Shown piece after piece: positions 33,971 through 45,339 of a DNA stretch of 64,000 bases. Every line of letters begins with the position of its first letter. Positions within the stretch are counted from its first letter, which is position 1. The DNA is taken from the NCBI GenBank assembly GCA_000004985.1, contig GG738849.1; one strand, 5' to 3'. The position numbers and the translations under genes are program-made. The notes beneath the pieces were generated by a model. The model ran no database searches, had not been told where the DNA came from, and saw only the letters and a program-made list of their open reading frames with translations. Source of the DNA: Naegleria gruberi. Lineage: Eukaryota.

Positions 33971-35599
33971 TTACAGCTTGGAAGTTTTGAATGGAGCATT
34001 TGGAGTTTCTATTACTTTGAAAACACCCTTATCCTCATTCAAGCATTCCATTTCAGTATCCCTAATTTGGTTGGACCAAATCATTGGTTTACCGGTGCAA
34101 TCTCTTACATCCAAAAACAAGTTATGTTCCTCTTCATCTGGATTTGAGGATGGTTGAGGCGGAAGGAGAAGGAATCTTGCAACTGGATCAGTTTCTGGAT
34201 TCACCTTCTTGATGAATTTCATATTATCTTGAAGTGTATAATACAAGGAAGCATATGAAATGCTATCCAAATCAGAGTATCTCTTTAAGAGATATTTATA
34301 CATTGATCCACCGTGAGTAGCAAAGACCAAATTGACTAATTTGGTATCCACATTGCCACACATTTGTGGTAAGATCTTTTGAGTGAGTGAATTAATGATA
34401 GATTCACACTGAGATTCTGTTAGTTTCTTGTTACAGTTAGTTGTATGACTGGTATTGTATACAACAAATGCAGGCATTTGAGCCTTTGTCTTTTGGTCGA
34501 CTGAATATTTAGCTCTCCAAAGTTGGAAAGTGACTTGATTTTGAGGATCTACAAAACAACCAGCAAAATTTGGATGGTAGTACAATTTTTCGAGTTGAGT
34601 AATCAAAAAGTTTGCCTTCCCATACACTCTTTCCATCAAAGTCTTGTACTCTTCCAAAGAAACTAATTGAGCAGATTGATCAGAAGCAGCATTTGATTCT
34701 TCAACTTCGTTAATTTGCTTTTGTGTGCGAATCAATTCCTTATTTCTGACCTCATCCTTTCCACTAATATTTGTATTGAACCCAAGGAACTTTAACCTGA
34801 ATCGAGATGGAACCATTCCACTCTTTGAAATATAAGACAAACTCTTTGCGTTGTCAGCAAAAACATGAGCATAACAATATCTGATACCAAGTTGGTACAT
34901 TAACAGAATTTTCATGTACCAAGCAGAGAATTTCACATCAGCACCATGATCTCTGTACTTTTTGTTACACCACCCAGAACCAGCCAAACCAACTTTGTAT
35001 TCCTTACCATCAATGTATTGAGTTTTGACAGAGAAGGCTATTGTTCCTCCTGGAATGTAACGTGGTGGTTTTGTTGGATGTTCCTTGGCATAATCTTCGT
35101 CGAGTACTTTTACATTGAGGACAAAGTGAGAACGATCTTTGTTTTGAGATGTGATGGTTGGTTTTTGTGGTTGTTCTGGGTTTTCAATGAAAGAGAATTG
35201 ACTCCATCTTTCGTATATATTTTCATGGACTTTGAGCATGCTGATAGTATCATGTTGTTTGAAATAGGAAAAGTATTCTTCAAGATCTTCCTTGTTACTA
35301 TCTAGATCTGAGAGTTCTCTCTTGAACCAATCGTCTAGATTCGAATAAATGTCGTCCCTTTCGTTGAGAAGCGATTTAGTGGTTTCAACGTATGACTTAT
35401 CTAATTCATCTTGTGTGAGAATTCTATTCTGATATTTGGCAGCCAAATAATTATCAGGATTCATCAAGGTAAATAAGAAAGCAGCTGGTTGACCATTTGA
35501 ATGTGAAAGAACATTCCACTCCTTGTCTGTTCTTAACACCTGATCTCTCAAGAGCATGGCTGCATGCTTTGGAAATAGCTTGGCTCTCAGAATATCCAT
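33971..35599 (-). CDS. Conserved-looking 542-aa soluble protein of unknown function.
   Basis: Single uninterrupted ORF with normal composition (not low-complexity). I could not assign a family from memory. Confidence 0.5.
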   Translation of the reverse strand: MDILRAKLFPKHAAMLLRDQVLRTDKEWNVLSHSNGQPAAFLFTLMNPDNYLAAKYQNRILTQDELDKSYVETTKSLLNERDDIYSNLDDWFKRELSDLDSNKEDLEEYFSYFKQHDTISMLKVHENIYERWSQFSFIENPEQPQKPTITSQNKDRSHFVLNVKVLDEDYAKEHPTKPPRYIPGGTIAFSVKTQYIDGKEYKVGLAGSGWCNKKYRDHGADVKFSAWYMKILLMYQLGIRYCYAHVFADNAKSLSYISKSGMVPSRFRLKFLGFNTNISGKDEVRNKELIRTQKQINEVEESNAASDQSAQLVSLEEYKTLMERVYGKANFLITQLEKLYYHPNFAGCFVDPQNQVTFQLWRAKYSVDQKTKAQMPAFVVYNTSHTTNCNKKLTESQCESIINSLTQKILPQMCGNVDTKLVNLVFATHGGSMYKYLLKRYSDLDSISYASLYYTLQDNMKFIKKVNPETDPVARFLLLPPQPSSNPDEEEHNLFLDVRDCTGKPMIWSNQIRDTEMECLNEDKGVFKVIETPNAPFKTSKL

Positions 35600-36475
35600 T
35601 GTCTATTGTGTAATGTTGTTTTTTTAAATTATTGTTCGAAATCTAGAGTGTTTTTCATGCTTGTTTTGGAACATCTTCCTTGAGTTAAAAACTGACAAGT
35701 AAATCAAACTCAACTTCTAGTACGTGTGATGGAGAGGGTAAGATCTCTCTACTGTCATCACTTAGATTAACAATAAAGTTAAATATCATTTACATGATCC
35801 GCTACTAGAATATCAGAACTCTAAACTTCTTGATTGTAATCGATTGTATAATACTCAATATTACAACGCATTGAGGTAAACACGAAATCATTCCATTACG
35901 TACATTCCAAGTAGAAGAATACAAGTAAGATTTACATTGAGTCTTCCAGTTCTCGGAATTATTATGCTGTAAGAGACTACTTGACCAATTAGACAAGTAA
36001 TGAATTAAACTTCCCTTCTTGACCAATTTCCATCTCAATCTCCTCTAATTAACCCAGCTGTAATACTCTGCTGGTGGAACATTTTCCATCATCACTTTCA
36101 AATAAAATACATATGAGCCCTTCATTCATTATCTTATTCTCTGGAAATTCAAAGCCTTACGAAAAAGCTATCGAGCAGCTGAACAGCAACAGTATCGGAG
36201 TGGTTTTTTTTTAAAGCAAACCGAGGGTTGGATTTTCGAAGCTTTTTGATGAGCATCACATATTCCTTGCTAGCAAAAACTTTAAAAAAAACTCCGTGTG
36301 TGGATCATTCATTATCATCGTTTGATTTTAAAATTATTGTTGTTGTTAGATAATAAAATCAATAGACGATATTAATTTGTTATTATTTAAAAACTCAGAA
36401 GATTTATAACACACAACGACGACTACTATTAAATCTATTTAAAAAGTTTTTTAAGTTTAGGAAGAAGAAGAAAAA

Positions 36476-37353
36476 TTGGAAACTATGAACAACAAAAAGT
36501 CTTTTAAAATTGTCCTTTTGGGAGAAGGAAGAGTAGGAAAAACATCACTCACTCTCCGTTTTATTAAAGATGTTTTTGATGATAACCAACAATCGACCAT
36601 ACAAGCAACCTATCTTCAAAAAGACATTATTGTTGGAAATCAACAAGTAACTTTATCCGTTTGGGATACAGCCGGTCAAGAGGTAAGAGGAAAAATTGAA
36701 TTTTAAACTGATTTTAATAATTTAATAATAATAATATATTATTATAATAATAATTTTAATAACTGAAAATATGAACAAAATTTAATATTAACAGAGATTC
36801 CATGCTCTTGGACCAATTTATTACAGAAATGCCGATGGTGCCTTGTTGGTATATGATATTACTGACCAAGATACATTTGATAGAGCTAAAACTTGGGTGA
36901 TGGAATTGAGAAAAGTTCTCGGGGATGATATTGTTATTACAATTGTTGGTAACAAATGTGATATGATTAAACACAGACAAGTATCGGAAGAACAGGCTTT
37001 GGAATATGCCCAATCAGTGGGAGCAAATCACTTACTAGTCAGTGCTAAAGCAAACAAAAATGTTGCAGAATCTTTCTTGGATCTGACGAAACGAATTCTT
37101 GAAAAGAAGGCAAATACTCCTATGGGAGGATCTCCACAAGCTCATAGAGCTTCTGTCAGAATGTCCACAAGAGGTGTCAGTGGATTAACTATTCAAGAAA
37201 ATCCGTAAGTTTTTACATTAGTTGTCTAAATTACTAAATTTTAAAATTAGTAATCAAAAACCAGTTAATAACAGAATTAGTTCTCGAGTTAGTGGACTTA
37301 CAATCACAGATGAAGAACCTAAAAAAACAGATAATGGTACCTGTTGTAAATAA
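36476..37353 (+). CDS. RAB21: Rab21 small GTPase. Exons 36476..36682, 36795..37204 and 37251..37353.
   Basis: GEGRVGKTS P-loop. WDTAGQE/RFHALGPIYYRNADGALLVYDITD matches the Rab21 motif WDTAGQERFHALGPIYYRDS. GNKCD. C-terminal ...GTCCK prenylation motif. Confidence 0.85.
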
Positions 37354-37651
37354 TGAGATTATCATGTTCCGAGTTTAATTTTTGATATTCTAACTTGTAC
37401 ATTTTAAGAGTTATTGGTTAAATATCAATAGTAAAATATTGATATTTAATAAATAACAATGGAGATATTTATTAAAATTATCATCAACCTTTAATAATTT
37501 CATTAAGGAATTTTATTTCTGAATAATCATTGGATCACATACCTAAAATGAAAATCCAATTTGCTACAGACTTAATTTGAAAATTTAATAAGGATTATCG
37601 ATTATAATGGACTGTTGACACGTTGATTTCTCAATCATTCCACATTAAAAA

Positions 37652-40123
37652 ATGCGTCAACATCTCACACGAAAGAATATCGCTTTTGCTGTGATGGGTT
37701 TTCTCATCCTCATTACTCTATTCCAATTCTTTATTGGCAAACATATTGGAAATACGAAACATGACATGAGTATGAAAATTCAACATGTTGCCACAATTCC
37801 CGATCAAAACATACAAAATGAAGTGGTAGTACCACTCAAACAACCAGAAGATGTGGAGGTAGCAGCAGATCATGTGGAAAAGGAGGCAGAAATAGAAACA
37901 AAACCAACAACAGTCGGAGTGGTGGAAAAGAAGGAGGAACAGAAAGTGCAGAAGGTGGTGGAAAAGAAGACGGGACAGAAGAAGGAGGAAAGGAATAGTT
38001 TACTTTCGTCAACCAAAACAACAGCTTCAACCAATGTTGCCTCCACATCATCACAGAAAAAGAAAAAGAATTCTAAACTGAAAAAACAAAAGAAGGAAAA
38101 TACTAAACCTGTAGAAGAAACAAGAAAATCTACAAAACTTCCACCAGTCTACTTTTTATTTATCTGCACTCTCGATAAGGAACAATGTGAAAAACCAAAA
38201 CAACAAAGTTGGAAAGATTCACTCATCAAGTCTTACAATCAAATCTCTTCAACTGCAAAGGATAATGTTGAATCAATTAATTTTGTGATTTTTGGTGGTG
38301 ATTCTAATATTCCATCACTTTTTACACGTGTGGAAACTTCACAAAAGGGCATAGTTCAAAGTGTGAGTGATTTTATTGCCAATTCTATCAAGGACGATAA
38401 TGCAATGATTATTTTCATAACTGATTTGTCCATTCCAGTTTCACATTCCTTCACTGATACGTACTACATGTTGCAAGATTCAATTCTTGTTGGAAGTATT
38501 GTAATTAATGAAAAGAGCGGAAAGATTCTGAACTCGGGTTGGGATTTGAAATTGAGAAGTTGTAAGGGACAAACTACTCATTCAATTGCCTTTACTCCTC
38601 ACATGTATGGCAAAGAGCTTTCTGCATTATTGGAATCCAATGATAGTGATGAGGAAGAAATGGTTGTTTTCATTCCTTCCTTTAATGGAGCATCGATTCT
38701 CAAGCAAACTTGGAAATATTTTGGTGGATTCCAAATGGACTACCGAAAGGATTATATCTTTGATTTCTTGTTAAGAATTCAAGAACACAATCAAGTAGCT
38801 CCAATTATTCCTGAAAATATCGTGAAATCATATGGAAGTGAAAATTATGAAGAATATATCATTTCAGATACTGAACCATGTAGTTTGGATGAGAAAATTT
38901 CCTTCAGAAATGCAGAATCTGAAATCTCCAAACAATACTATGAAAGTACCATGAACTCATTCTTTAACAGATTGGAAGTTAAGAATATTAATCTAATCTA
39001 TACCATTCCAGCTGATTTACCATCACAATCACTTCAACAAATTTCAAATGCAATCAATATTGAGGGTAAAATTATTCTCAAACTCAACACAACTCTGAGC
39101 GGAATTCACGTGAGTGAGAGTGATAGAATTGCATTCAATAGAATGAAGAATATTGTTCACTCTGATGCGAACATTCCTCTCGTTAATATTGTTCCATTTG
39201 ATCCTAATTGGAATTGTCCTAGAAAACAATACTGCATTGGACTGTTTATGAGTGATATTAAACAGATTAAACAAGAAGATGTCAACAAGATGAAGCAACA
39301 ATATGATGAAATATGGGTCTCTGAGCAACGACATGCCAAGTTATTGAAACGAATGGGGATTAAGAAGAGCAAAACTCAATTCATTCCAAATGGAGTTGAT
39401 ACTTTGGCATTCAAACAGGATGAAAACAAGAATGCTCCAACCAATTACTTGTCCGTGTTTTCAGATTGGGAAAAGGAAAGGTAATTAGTTTAATTATTTT
39501 ATTTAATTCTTATTTCAATAATAGAAACCAAATCAAATTATTGGTAGAATCATTTGCCACAAGTTTTGATCAAGTATCCAATGTCAAGTTGACCATTTTT
39601 ATTCAAGATTTTACATCTGCTTCCAATGATAAGACCTCTCAGGAAATTATCAAGCAATTGGGAATTGAAACTGTCTTTACCAAACCACCATCAATTGAAA
39701 TATTACCTTTAGATGCAAGAAAAGTAGAGCTTCCATCATTCTATCGTGATTATCATGTATTACTTGTAAGTTTTTCACAAAACAATCTCAAATTTTAATA
39801 TCAAATTGCAGATATTAACTGAAAATCAAAGTGCAAGACTCGTCATGCAAGCCATGTCATCAGGCCTCTTAATTGTTTCTCCAGGAGGAGAATTATTCGA
39901 ATTCCTCAATAAGGATAATAGCTTAATTATCAAGCAAGCCAAATCAGTGGAATCATGGATTGAAACACTCAAATATATTCATTCAGAGGGTAATCTTTCA
40001 CTCATACATGAATTATGTAAAGTAGCTCGTCTCGACATGGTCGAATATTATGATAATACTGTAATTGCCAAGGATATTTTATCTAGATTAGGAGATATTG
40101 AGGAATTTATGAATGCTCATTAA
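37652..40123 (+). CDS. Type II membrane glycosyltransferase with a large lumenal N-terminal region and a C-terminal GT4 (glycosyl transferase group 1) domain. Exons 37652..39480, 39525..39765 and 39812..40123.
   Basis: N-terminal TM (AFAVMGFLILITLFQFFIG), a K/E-rich stalk, and a C-terminal ...ARLVMQAMSSGLLIVSPGGELFEFL resembling the GT4 EGFG...EAMA.G.PVI motif. gtaatt/gtaagt donors, AG acceptors. Confidence 0.55.
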
Positions 40124-40256
40124 TTTATGTTTTACACTCTATATTTTGTATTATTAAGATCAATGATAATCGAGTTGATTAAAATTCGAAAGAAGAAATT
40201 TTATTAAGAAATTATAAAAATTAATTGGCGCCAAAATATTTATAACTACAAAAAAA

Positions 40257-41102
40257 ATGACTGATTTATTATCAACCCTCAATTCCGACACTGTTCTCTA
40301 CAAGACCATGAAGACAACAACAACAACAACAAACAATATGGATGAGACAATTTTGGAGGAGAAGGAAAGAGTGTATGGATATTTGAAGGGAACCAATGAT
40401 GCTCATTATGTTTTGGAGAAGAAAAAGATAGTGATTGGAAAAGATCCCGATAAATGTGATATTGTATTACATAATGGAAAGACTATATCGCCTGAACATG
40501 CCAGGATTGAATTTAGAAAGACTGCAACTTCATACACTTGTATGATTACTGATTTACAGTCACAGAATGGTACATTGGTGAATGATAAACGATTGTTTTT
40601 GGATAGTGTCACAAAACAGTTACATCATGGAGATAGAATTCGATTTGGATTTGATCAGACATTTTATACGATTGAGTTTCTTTATGAGGAGGAACAACCA
40701 AACAAAAATTCAACAGATGAGAGAGGATTTGTTGGAATACTCAATCCAAATTTCAAACCAGGAAAATCTAGGAGAAGTAAATCAGCTGAAAAGTCTCTAT
40801 CAAGGCCTAAAGCTGAACCTTCTAAAGAATACAAAGAAAAATTGGAAAAGCAACAACAGGAATTCAAAAGCTTACTTGAAAAGAGGAGGAGCGAAAAAAA
40901 GAGGGCGGAAAAAGATCCAAAAGATCCTTCCACAATAACCTTTCAAACAGCAACAGGATCAAAAACTGTCTCTCTAAATGATCTTCAGGAAAGTGATGAG
41001 GAAGGTATTGAGGATGATTTTATTCCACAAGAAACAATTAAGGAAACCATATCAATAGCAAAACCAACTGTGGACTCCAAGACAAACTCTCCCAAATTAT
41101 GA
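40257..41102 (+). CDS. FHA-domain protein (forkhead-associated phosphopeptide-binding domain) with a basic/acidic K/E-rich tail.
   Basis: ...IVIGKDPDKCDIVLHNGKTISPEHARIEF...SQNGTLVNDKRL...HGDRIRFG is a canonical FHA core (GR...H, SxNGT, N..r). Confidence 0.6.
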   Translation: MTDLLSTLNSDTVLYKTMKTTTTTTNNMDETILEEKERVYGYLKGTNDAHYVLEKKKIVIGKDPDKCDIVLHNGKTISPEHARIEFRKTATSYTCMITDLQSQNGTLVNDKRLFLDSVTKQLHHGDRIRFGFDQTFYTIEFLYEEEQPNKNSTDERGFVGILNPNFKPGKSRRSKSAEKSLSRPKAEPSKEYKEKLEKQQQEFKSLLEKRRSEKKRAEKDPKDPSTITFQTATGSKTVSLNDLQESDEEGIEDDFIPQETIKETISIAKPTVDSKTNSPKL

Positions 41103-41235
41103 TATTCTTTCATCTCGAATTGAGAATATTGAAAAAACTATTTATACAGAACAAAAGAATGAGGAACAGGAATTTTATCATTTAAATCTATTGGTAAACA
41201 GCGTACATTTATTGTCTTACAAGTTGTTAAACGAG

Positions 41236-42549
41236 ATGGGACATCAGGATAAAACTAGTAGCGACGCCCATGACGAAGATGACACTCTAGGCCAAAGCAA
41301 AACAGTGAGGGAAATAATGACTGAAAAATTGAAGGATGTGAAAGGAATTCTGACAGCTTGTATTGGGAGAGTGAATGTTGTCGATAGAGAAAAGGAACGA
41401 ACAATGAAAGAAAAGGAAAATTTAAGAAGCCAAGCTTTGGAAAGATACGCAACAGAATTACAAGTAGAGCTGGATACAATACGATTCGAGTTTGAGAGAA
41501 AGAATATGTTGGTGGAAGAGTTAAAACGACAATCCCTCGACAGGAAAAAGGATCAAGATACGATCAAGACTCTTAGGGAGTGTTTAGAATTCAAAGATGC
41601 TGAAATGAGAGAATTGCAAAGTCAACTAGCTTCTAATTCCTTGATTGGATATAACAGTGAGGCTGCTAAATCGAGAATGCAAAATTTGATAGCTACATTA
41701 ATGAAAGACACGGAAGAATGCAAGAGAAGAAATATGGAATCACAACATAGGCTCGAAAAGAGACTGCTCGAATGGCAACAAGTGAAGGAAGAAAACAAAA
41801 AGCTAAGATTTAGAGTTTCTGACCTTCAAGAAACAATTCACAGACAAATGAACGATCTTCACATCTCTTTAATGCATAAAGAGCAAAAATTGAATGCTTG
41901 GAAGTCTAAAGTCGCAGAGTTGGCTTCTGATAATAACGAAATGCGATATAGAGCTGCGGGCTTTTTACTTTCTCTAGTGAGTGAACAAGATAATAGAGAT
42001 ACAGAACTATTATTGAAATATGAGGAAACTAAGAGAAATCTACACTTTTCTCAAATGGAAAATAACGAGCTTCGATTGGAAATTCAAAATTTGAAAGATG
42101 TCCTCCAATACACAGATGTACATACAACCAAACAAACAATGGACATGTTAAGAGATAAGATACACCAAATGGAAATTGAATGCTCAGTAGATAGAGTTCT
42201 GGAATACCAGAACACCATAACCAATCTAAGTTCCAAAGTTTCAGAATACGAGAGAATGCAAGGTCTCTATATCCAAGAATTTAGTAGATTGAAAAAGTTG
42301 AATACTAAATTCAATGAGGGAGCATGTATTGGAACATTGGAACGTAAAATTCAACTCTACGAAAAGAAGATTGAGAGTTTGGAAAAACACATTGACCAAG
42401 CTTTTGTGGAAAGAGAGTCTGCCATTTCACCAATTCTGCCCTCCTCACAGATGCAATTGTTGAACCCTTCAAATCCATTAAGTGCTATTCAACGAGTTGA
42501 GCTGAAAGAAACTACTCCAAATATCATACCAAAACCTCTTTCTTCCTAG
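41236..42549 (+). CDS. Coiled-coil protein; may be the C-terminal part of the upstream FHA gene (SLMAP/FHAD1-like FHA+coiled-coil architecture), see findings.
   Basis: Continuous heptad-rich ORF. This frame is already open from 41059, overlapping the end of the FHA ORF. The first ATG is MGHQDK at 41236. Confidence 0.45.
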   Translation: MGHQDKTSSDAHDEDDTLGQSKTVREIMTEKLKDVKGILTACIGRVNVVDREKERTMKEKENLRSQALERYATELQVELDTIRFEFERKNMLVEELKRQSLDRKKDQDTIKTLRECLEFKDAEMRELQSQLASNSLIGYNSEAAKSRMQNLIATLMKDTEECKRRNMESQHRLEKRLLEWQQVKEENKKLRFRVSDLQETIHRQMNDLHISLMHKEQKLNAWKSKVAELASDNNEMRYRAAGFLLSLVSEQDNRDTELLLKYEETKRNLHFSQMENNELRLEIQNLKDVLQYTDVHTTKQTMDMLRDKIHQMEIECSVDRVLEYQNTITNLSSKVSEYERMQGLYIQEFSRLKKLNTKFNEGACIGTLERKIQLYEKKIESLEKHIDQAFVERESAISPILPSSQMQLLNPSNPLSAIQRVELKETTPNIIPKPLSS

Positions 42550-42728
42550 AAGGTCATCAAAAGGTGACTTGAGAGCTGTCATTGAACAAACCCAACAGAG
42601 TGAAATAGCTCAACAAGAAACAAAAGAAACATTACCAGTATTGGAAAAGAAACCATCCAAAACGAATATAATTCCAGTTGAGGAAGTAAATAATAGTATA
42701 ATTACAGATCAATAAATAAAATATTTAA

Positions 42729-43712
42729 TTACATCTTTTTTCTAGCAAGAATACCTTGTTTTATCCTCTTGATATGATTTTTCTCTTCGATATTATATTG
42801 TGACAAAGTGGCATCGTCCAATTGTAAAATTTGTAATCTTTGATCCTCACTCATATTATCTATAATATTAATGATATCATTATCAATGTATGCATTTTGA
42901 TTTTGTGGTTGTCTTTGAGCCATCCTAGGATCTCTTGGATCACTTCTAGGATCAACTCTTGAATCTCTAGGATCACTTCTAGGATCACCTCTTGGATCAC
43001 TAAATGGTTGATTATGTTGTGGTGGTGGAGGTTGATTCATAGGTTGTCTCATCATATTTTGTGGTGGTGGTTGATTGAAAGGTTGATCTACCATTCCTAG
43101 GATGTATTGGATGTGTAATAATACTACAGAAAGGGTTGGGTTTTGTGCCAAAATATTCTTTGCTAATTCCGGATTTGTTTGAACCAAATCTCTCATTTCC
43201 ACAAGACAATCATATAATTGTTGTTTTGAAATTTGGTTTAAAGCTTCCATTACTGGATCTTGATTAGAATCTGTCATTTGATCATAATTTTGCATTCCAA
43301 CATTTTGATTCATCATTGGATTATTAGAATAAGAATTTAATCTAGGATCACTTCTTGATGATGATGATGATGGCATTGGTGGAGGAGGTTGATTCATAGG
43401 CATTGAATTTCCCATCGATTCTCCTTCCCCAGGCATATTAATTTTGTTATTATCAGCAAAATCAACACGAAGTTTTCTTCCGTTAAAATCCCTTCCATCC
43501 AATGTTTTCATAGCATTACTAGCACTACCTTCATCAATAAATTCACAAAAAGCATATCCCTTAGGTTTGTTAGTTTCCCTATCGAAAACCATACGAAAAT
43601 TAACAACTTGTCCAGCCTCGTTAAATATTTGTTTTAATTTATCGGTAGAGGCATCATAGGCAATATTACCAATGAATACACAACGTGATGGTGTTCGGTT
43701 GGTTTTGCTCAT
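42729..43712 (-). CDS. CSTF2: Cleavage stimulation factor subunit 2 (CstF-64): N-terminal RRM, hinge domain, degenerate repeat region, conserved C-terminal domain.
   Basis: RRM RCVFIGNIAYDASTDKLKQIF...KGYAFCEF. Hinge ...ALNQISKQQLYDCLVEMRDLVQTNPELAKNILAQNPTLSVVLLHIQYILGMV. DPRSDPR-type repeats. C-terminus ...EDQRLQILQLDDATLSQ... Confidence 0.75.
   Translation of the reverse strand: MSKTNRTPSRCVFIGNIAYDASTDKLKQIFNEAGQVVNFRMVFDRETNKPKGYAFCEFIDEGSASNAMKTLDGRDFNGRKLRVDFADNNKINMPGEGESMGNSMPMNQPPPPMPSSSSSRSDPRLNSYSNNPMMNQNVGMQNYDQMTDSNQDPVMEALNQISKQQLYDCLVEMRDLVQTNPELAKNILAQNPTLSVVLLHIQYILGMVDQPFNQPPPQNMMRQPMNQPPPPQHNQPFSDPRGDPRSDPRDSRVDPRSDPRDPRMAQRQPQNQNAYIDNDIINIIDNMSEDQRLQILQLDDATLSQYNIEEKNHIKRIKQGILARKKM
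42886..43010 (-). repeat. Coding pentapeptide-like repeats (DPRSDPRDSRVDPRSDPRDPR) inside CstF-64.
   Basis: Tandem gatcc(a/t)agaagtgatcc units read directly on the minus strand. Confidence 0.6.
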
Positions 43713-43944
43713 TTTTTTTATGATTTTGGATTTAATTTTTTTGCTTTTTTATTGAATGAGAAGTGAGTGGAGTAAGAATTATTGAAATTCAGGACAAAGT
43801 TGAAGGTAAACCATTGAAAAATTATCAATAAATCACTGATAGAAAGTCTATTTAAATAAGAAATGAGGTGGAAATTGAAAATGATGATTAATTCCACGCA
43901 GAATCATGTGAGCTCTTCAAGTTATCAATGATAATGTCATATAA

Positions 43945-45339
43945 TTACTTGCTGAAATAGTTGAGTAGGGCTTTCTTTGCCTTCCTAAATAATTGAATTG
44001 ACCAATCTTTGATAAATGTAAAATTCATTCCCAATATTTGAAACTTCCCTAATGCGTGCAATAAACAAAACATTTGAGTGAGTTCAATTGGTGCCAAGTA
44101 GTACTTCCTTTCAATATCGACATTAAGTGTGTAATTCTTCAAATACAACAAAACATTTAAAAGGAAATAAAGTGCATACAATAACAACTCAACATCTCCC
44201 AGTACTATCATTACAATACCAATTGGCAAATACATTACATAGGCAACAATCAAATAATAGGCAACAAATGGAAAAAATTTAAAAAAGCCCGTAAGTGAAA
44301 ATCCAATTCTTTCTTCCAACACAGATATGGAATTGAAAAAATAGGTAAATCCAAAAACCTTAGTATTACAATAGAGCAAAACCAACAATGACAAAATAAC
44401 TGCCACACATTCCATTACAACTTTCAAAATAGCTGGTGAAATGAGTACGTTCATTGGACTTTCATAGCTAATTGAGAGTTGTGATGTTAGTTTTGAAATA
44501 TGAACTGTAGTGGGATATTGTCGAAAGAGTCGTTGTTGGTTAAATCTGTTAAATCTATTTCCAAACAAGTGGCAAACATTTTCCATTCTCAATTTAATGT
44601 TCCTTCTTGGAAGTTCCAAACATTGTTTTGCAATCAAATTGGTAACAAAATTTTGTTCCTGATATTTCCTATGATGCAGAGTTGATACAATAAATTTGTA
44701 TAAAATCTCTGGATTTGAGAGCTGAGCGTAAATAGAATTTGCTTGTGTGTTCCAGCAAGAGTTACTAAAATTGAGTTTTTGAGGTGGTTTTTCATCTTCC
44801 TTTTTAAATTCTGATATATGGAAATTCTTATTTCGTCTGTATCCTTTGAATATTAGAATATCCTCCTTCTTAATTTCATTGATTATTTGAGGTATTTGGC
44901 TATTGATATGAGTAATCAATTTTGTATAGCATTTAAATTCAGGATCTGAAACTTCCTTGAGATTATTTCCATCAATTCGAATAATAAAATCCCAATCATG
45001 ACTATTCTTATTGAGAAGTAAATAATTAAACTTCAGATACAGAGCCAAACATTCCTTCAACTCTTTTCTATTGCAAATTTCCTTTCGTTTCATCTTTTCG
45101 ACCAATTCCTCCTCTCTGATGGTATAAATTACATTCTTTACAACATTTTCCAAGTGATCCACAATTTTCTCTTGAATTGTATTGATGGTCCAATGGAAAT
45201 ATGGATGATCATTATCTAGAATTCGGAAGGGGAAAAATTCATTAAACATTCTGTTGTTGGTTTGAGAGAGGCTGAACATATCGCATGGAGTCGAATATTT
45301 GCAAATCTCAAGTAATTCATCAGAGGAGAGGGAAATCAT
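43945..45339 (-). CDS. F-box-like N-terminal region plus a C-terminal polytopic membrane domain (about 5-6 TM helices); family unknown.
   Basis: N-terminus SSDELLEICKYSTPCDMFSLSQTNNRMF (F-box-like LP/W-less variant), then a soluble region, then multiple hydrophobic helices (ECVAVILSLLVLLYC..., LIVAYVMYLPIGIVMIVLG..., LLYALYFLLNVLLYL...). Confidence 0.45.
   Translation of the reverse strand: MISLSSDELLEICKYSTPCDMFSLSQTNNRMFNEFFPFRILDNDHPYFHWTINTIQEKIVDHLENVVKNVIYTIREEELVEKMKRKEICNRKELKECLALYLKFNYLLLNKNSHDWDFIIRIDGNNLKEVSDPEFKCYTKLITHINSQIPQIINEIKKEDILIFKGYRRNKNFHISEFKKEDEKPPQKLNFSNSCWNTQANSIYAQLSNPEILYKFIVSTLHHRKYQEQNFVTNLIAKQCLELPRRNIKLRMENVCHLFGNRFNRFNQQRLFRQYPTTVHISKLTSQLSISYESPMNVLISPAILKVVMECVAVILSLLVLLYCNTKVFGFTYFFNSISVLEERIGFSLTGFFKFFPFVAYYLIVAYVMYLPIGIVMIVLGDVELLLYALYFLLNVLLYLKNYTLNVDIERKYYLAPIELTQMFCLLHALGKFQILGMNFTFIKDWSIQLFRKAKKALLNYFSK

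Noticed and set aside
42380-42549. An intron linking the coiled-coil ORF to the downstream +1-frame extension.
   Set aside because: The only in-phase GT candidates (GTCTGC, GTGCTA) are non-consensus and the putative intron would be GC-normal coding-like sequence. An indel or frameshift is more parsimonious.
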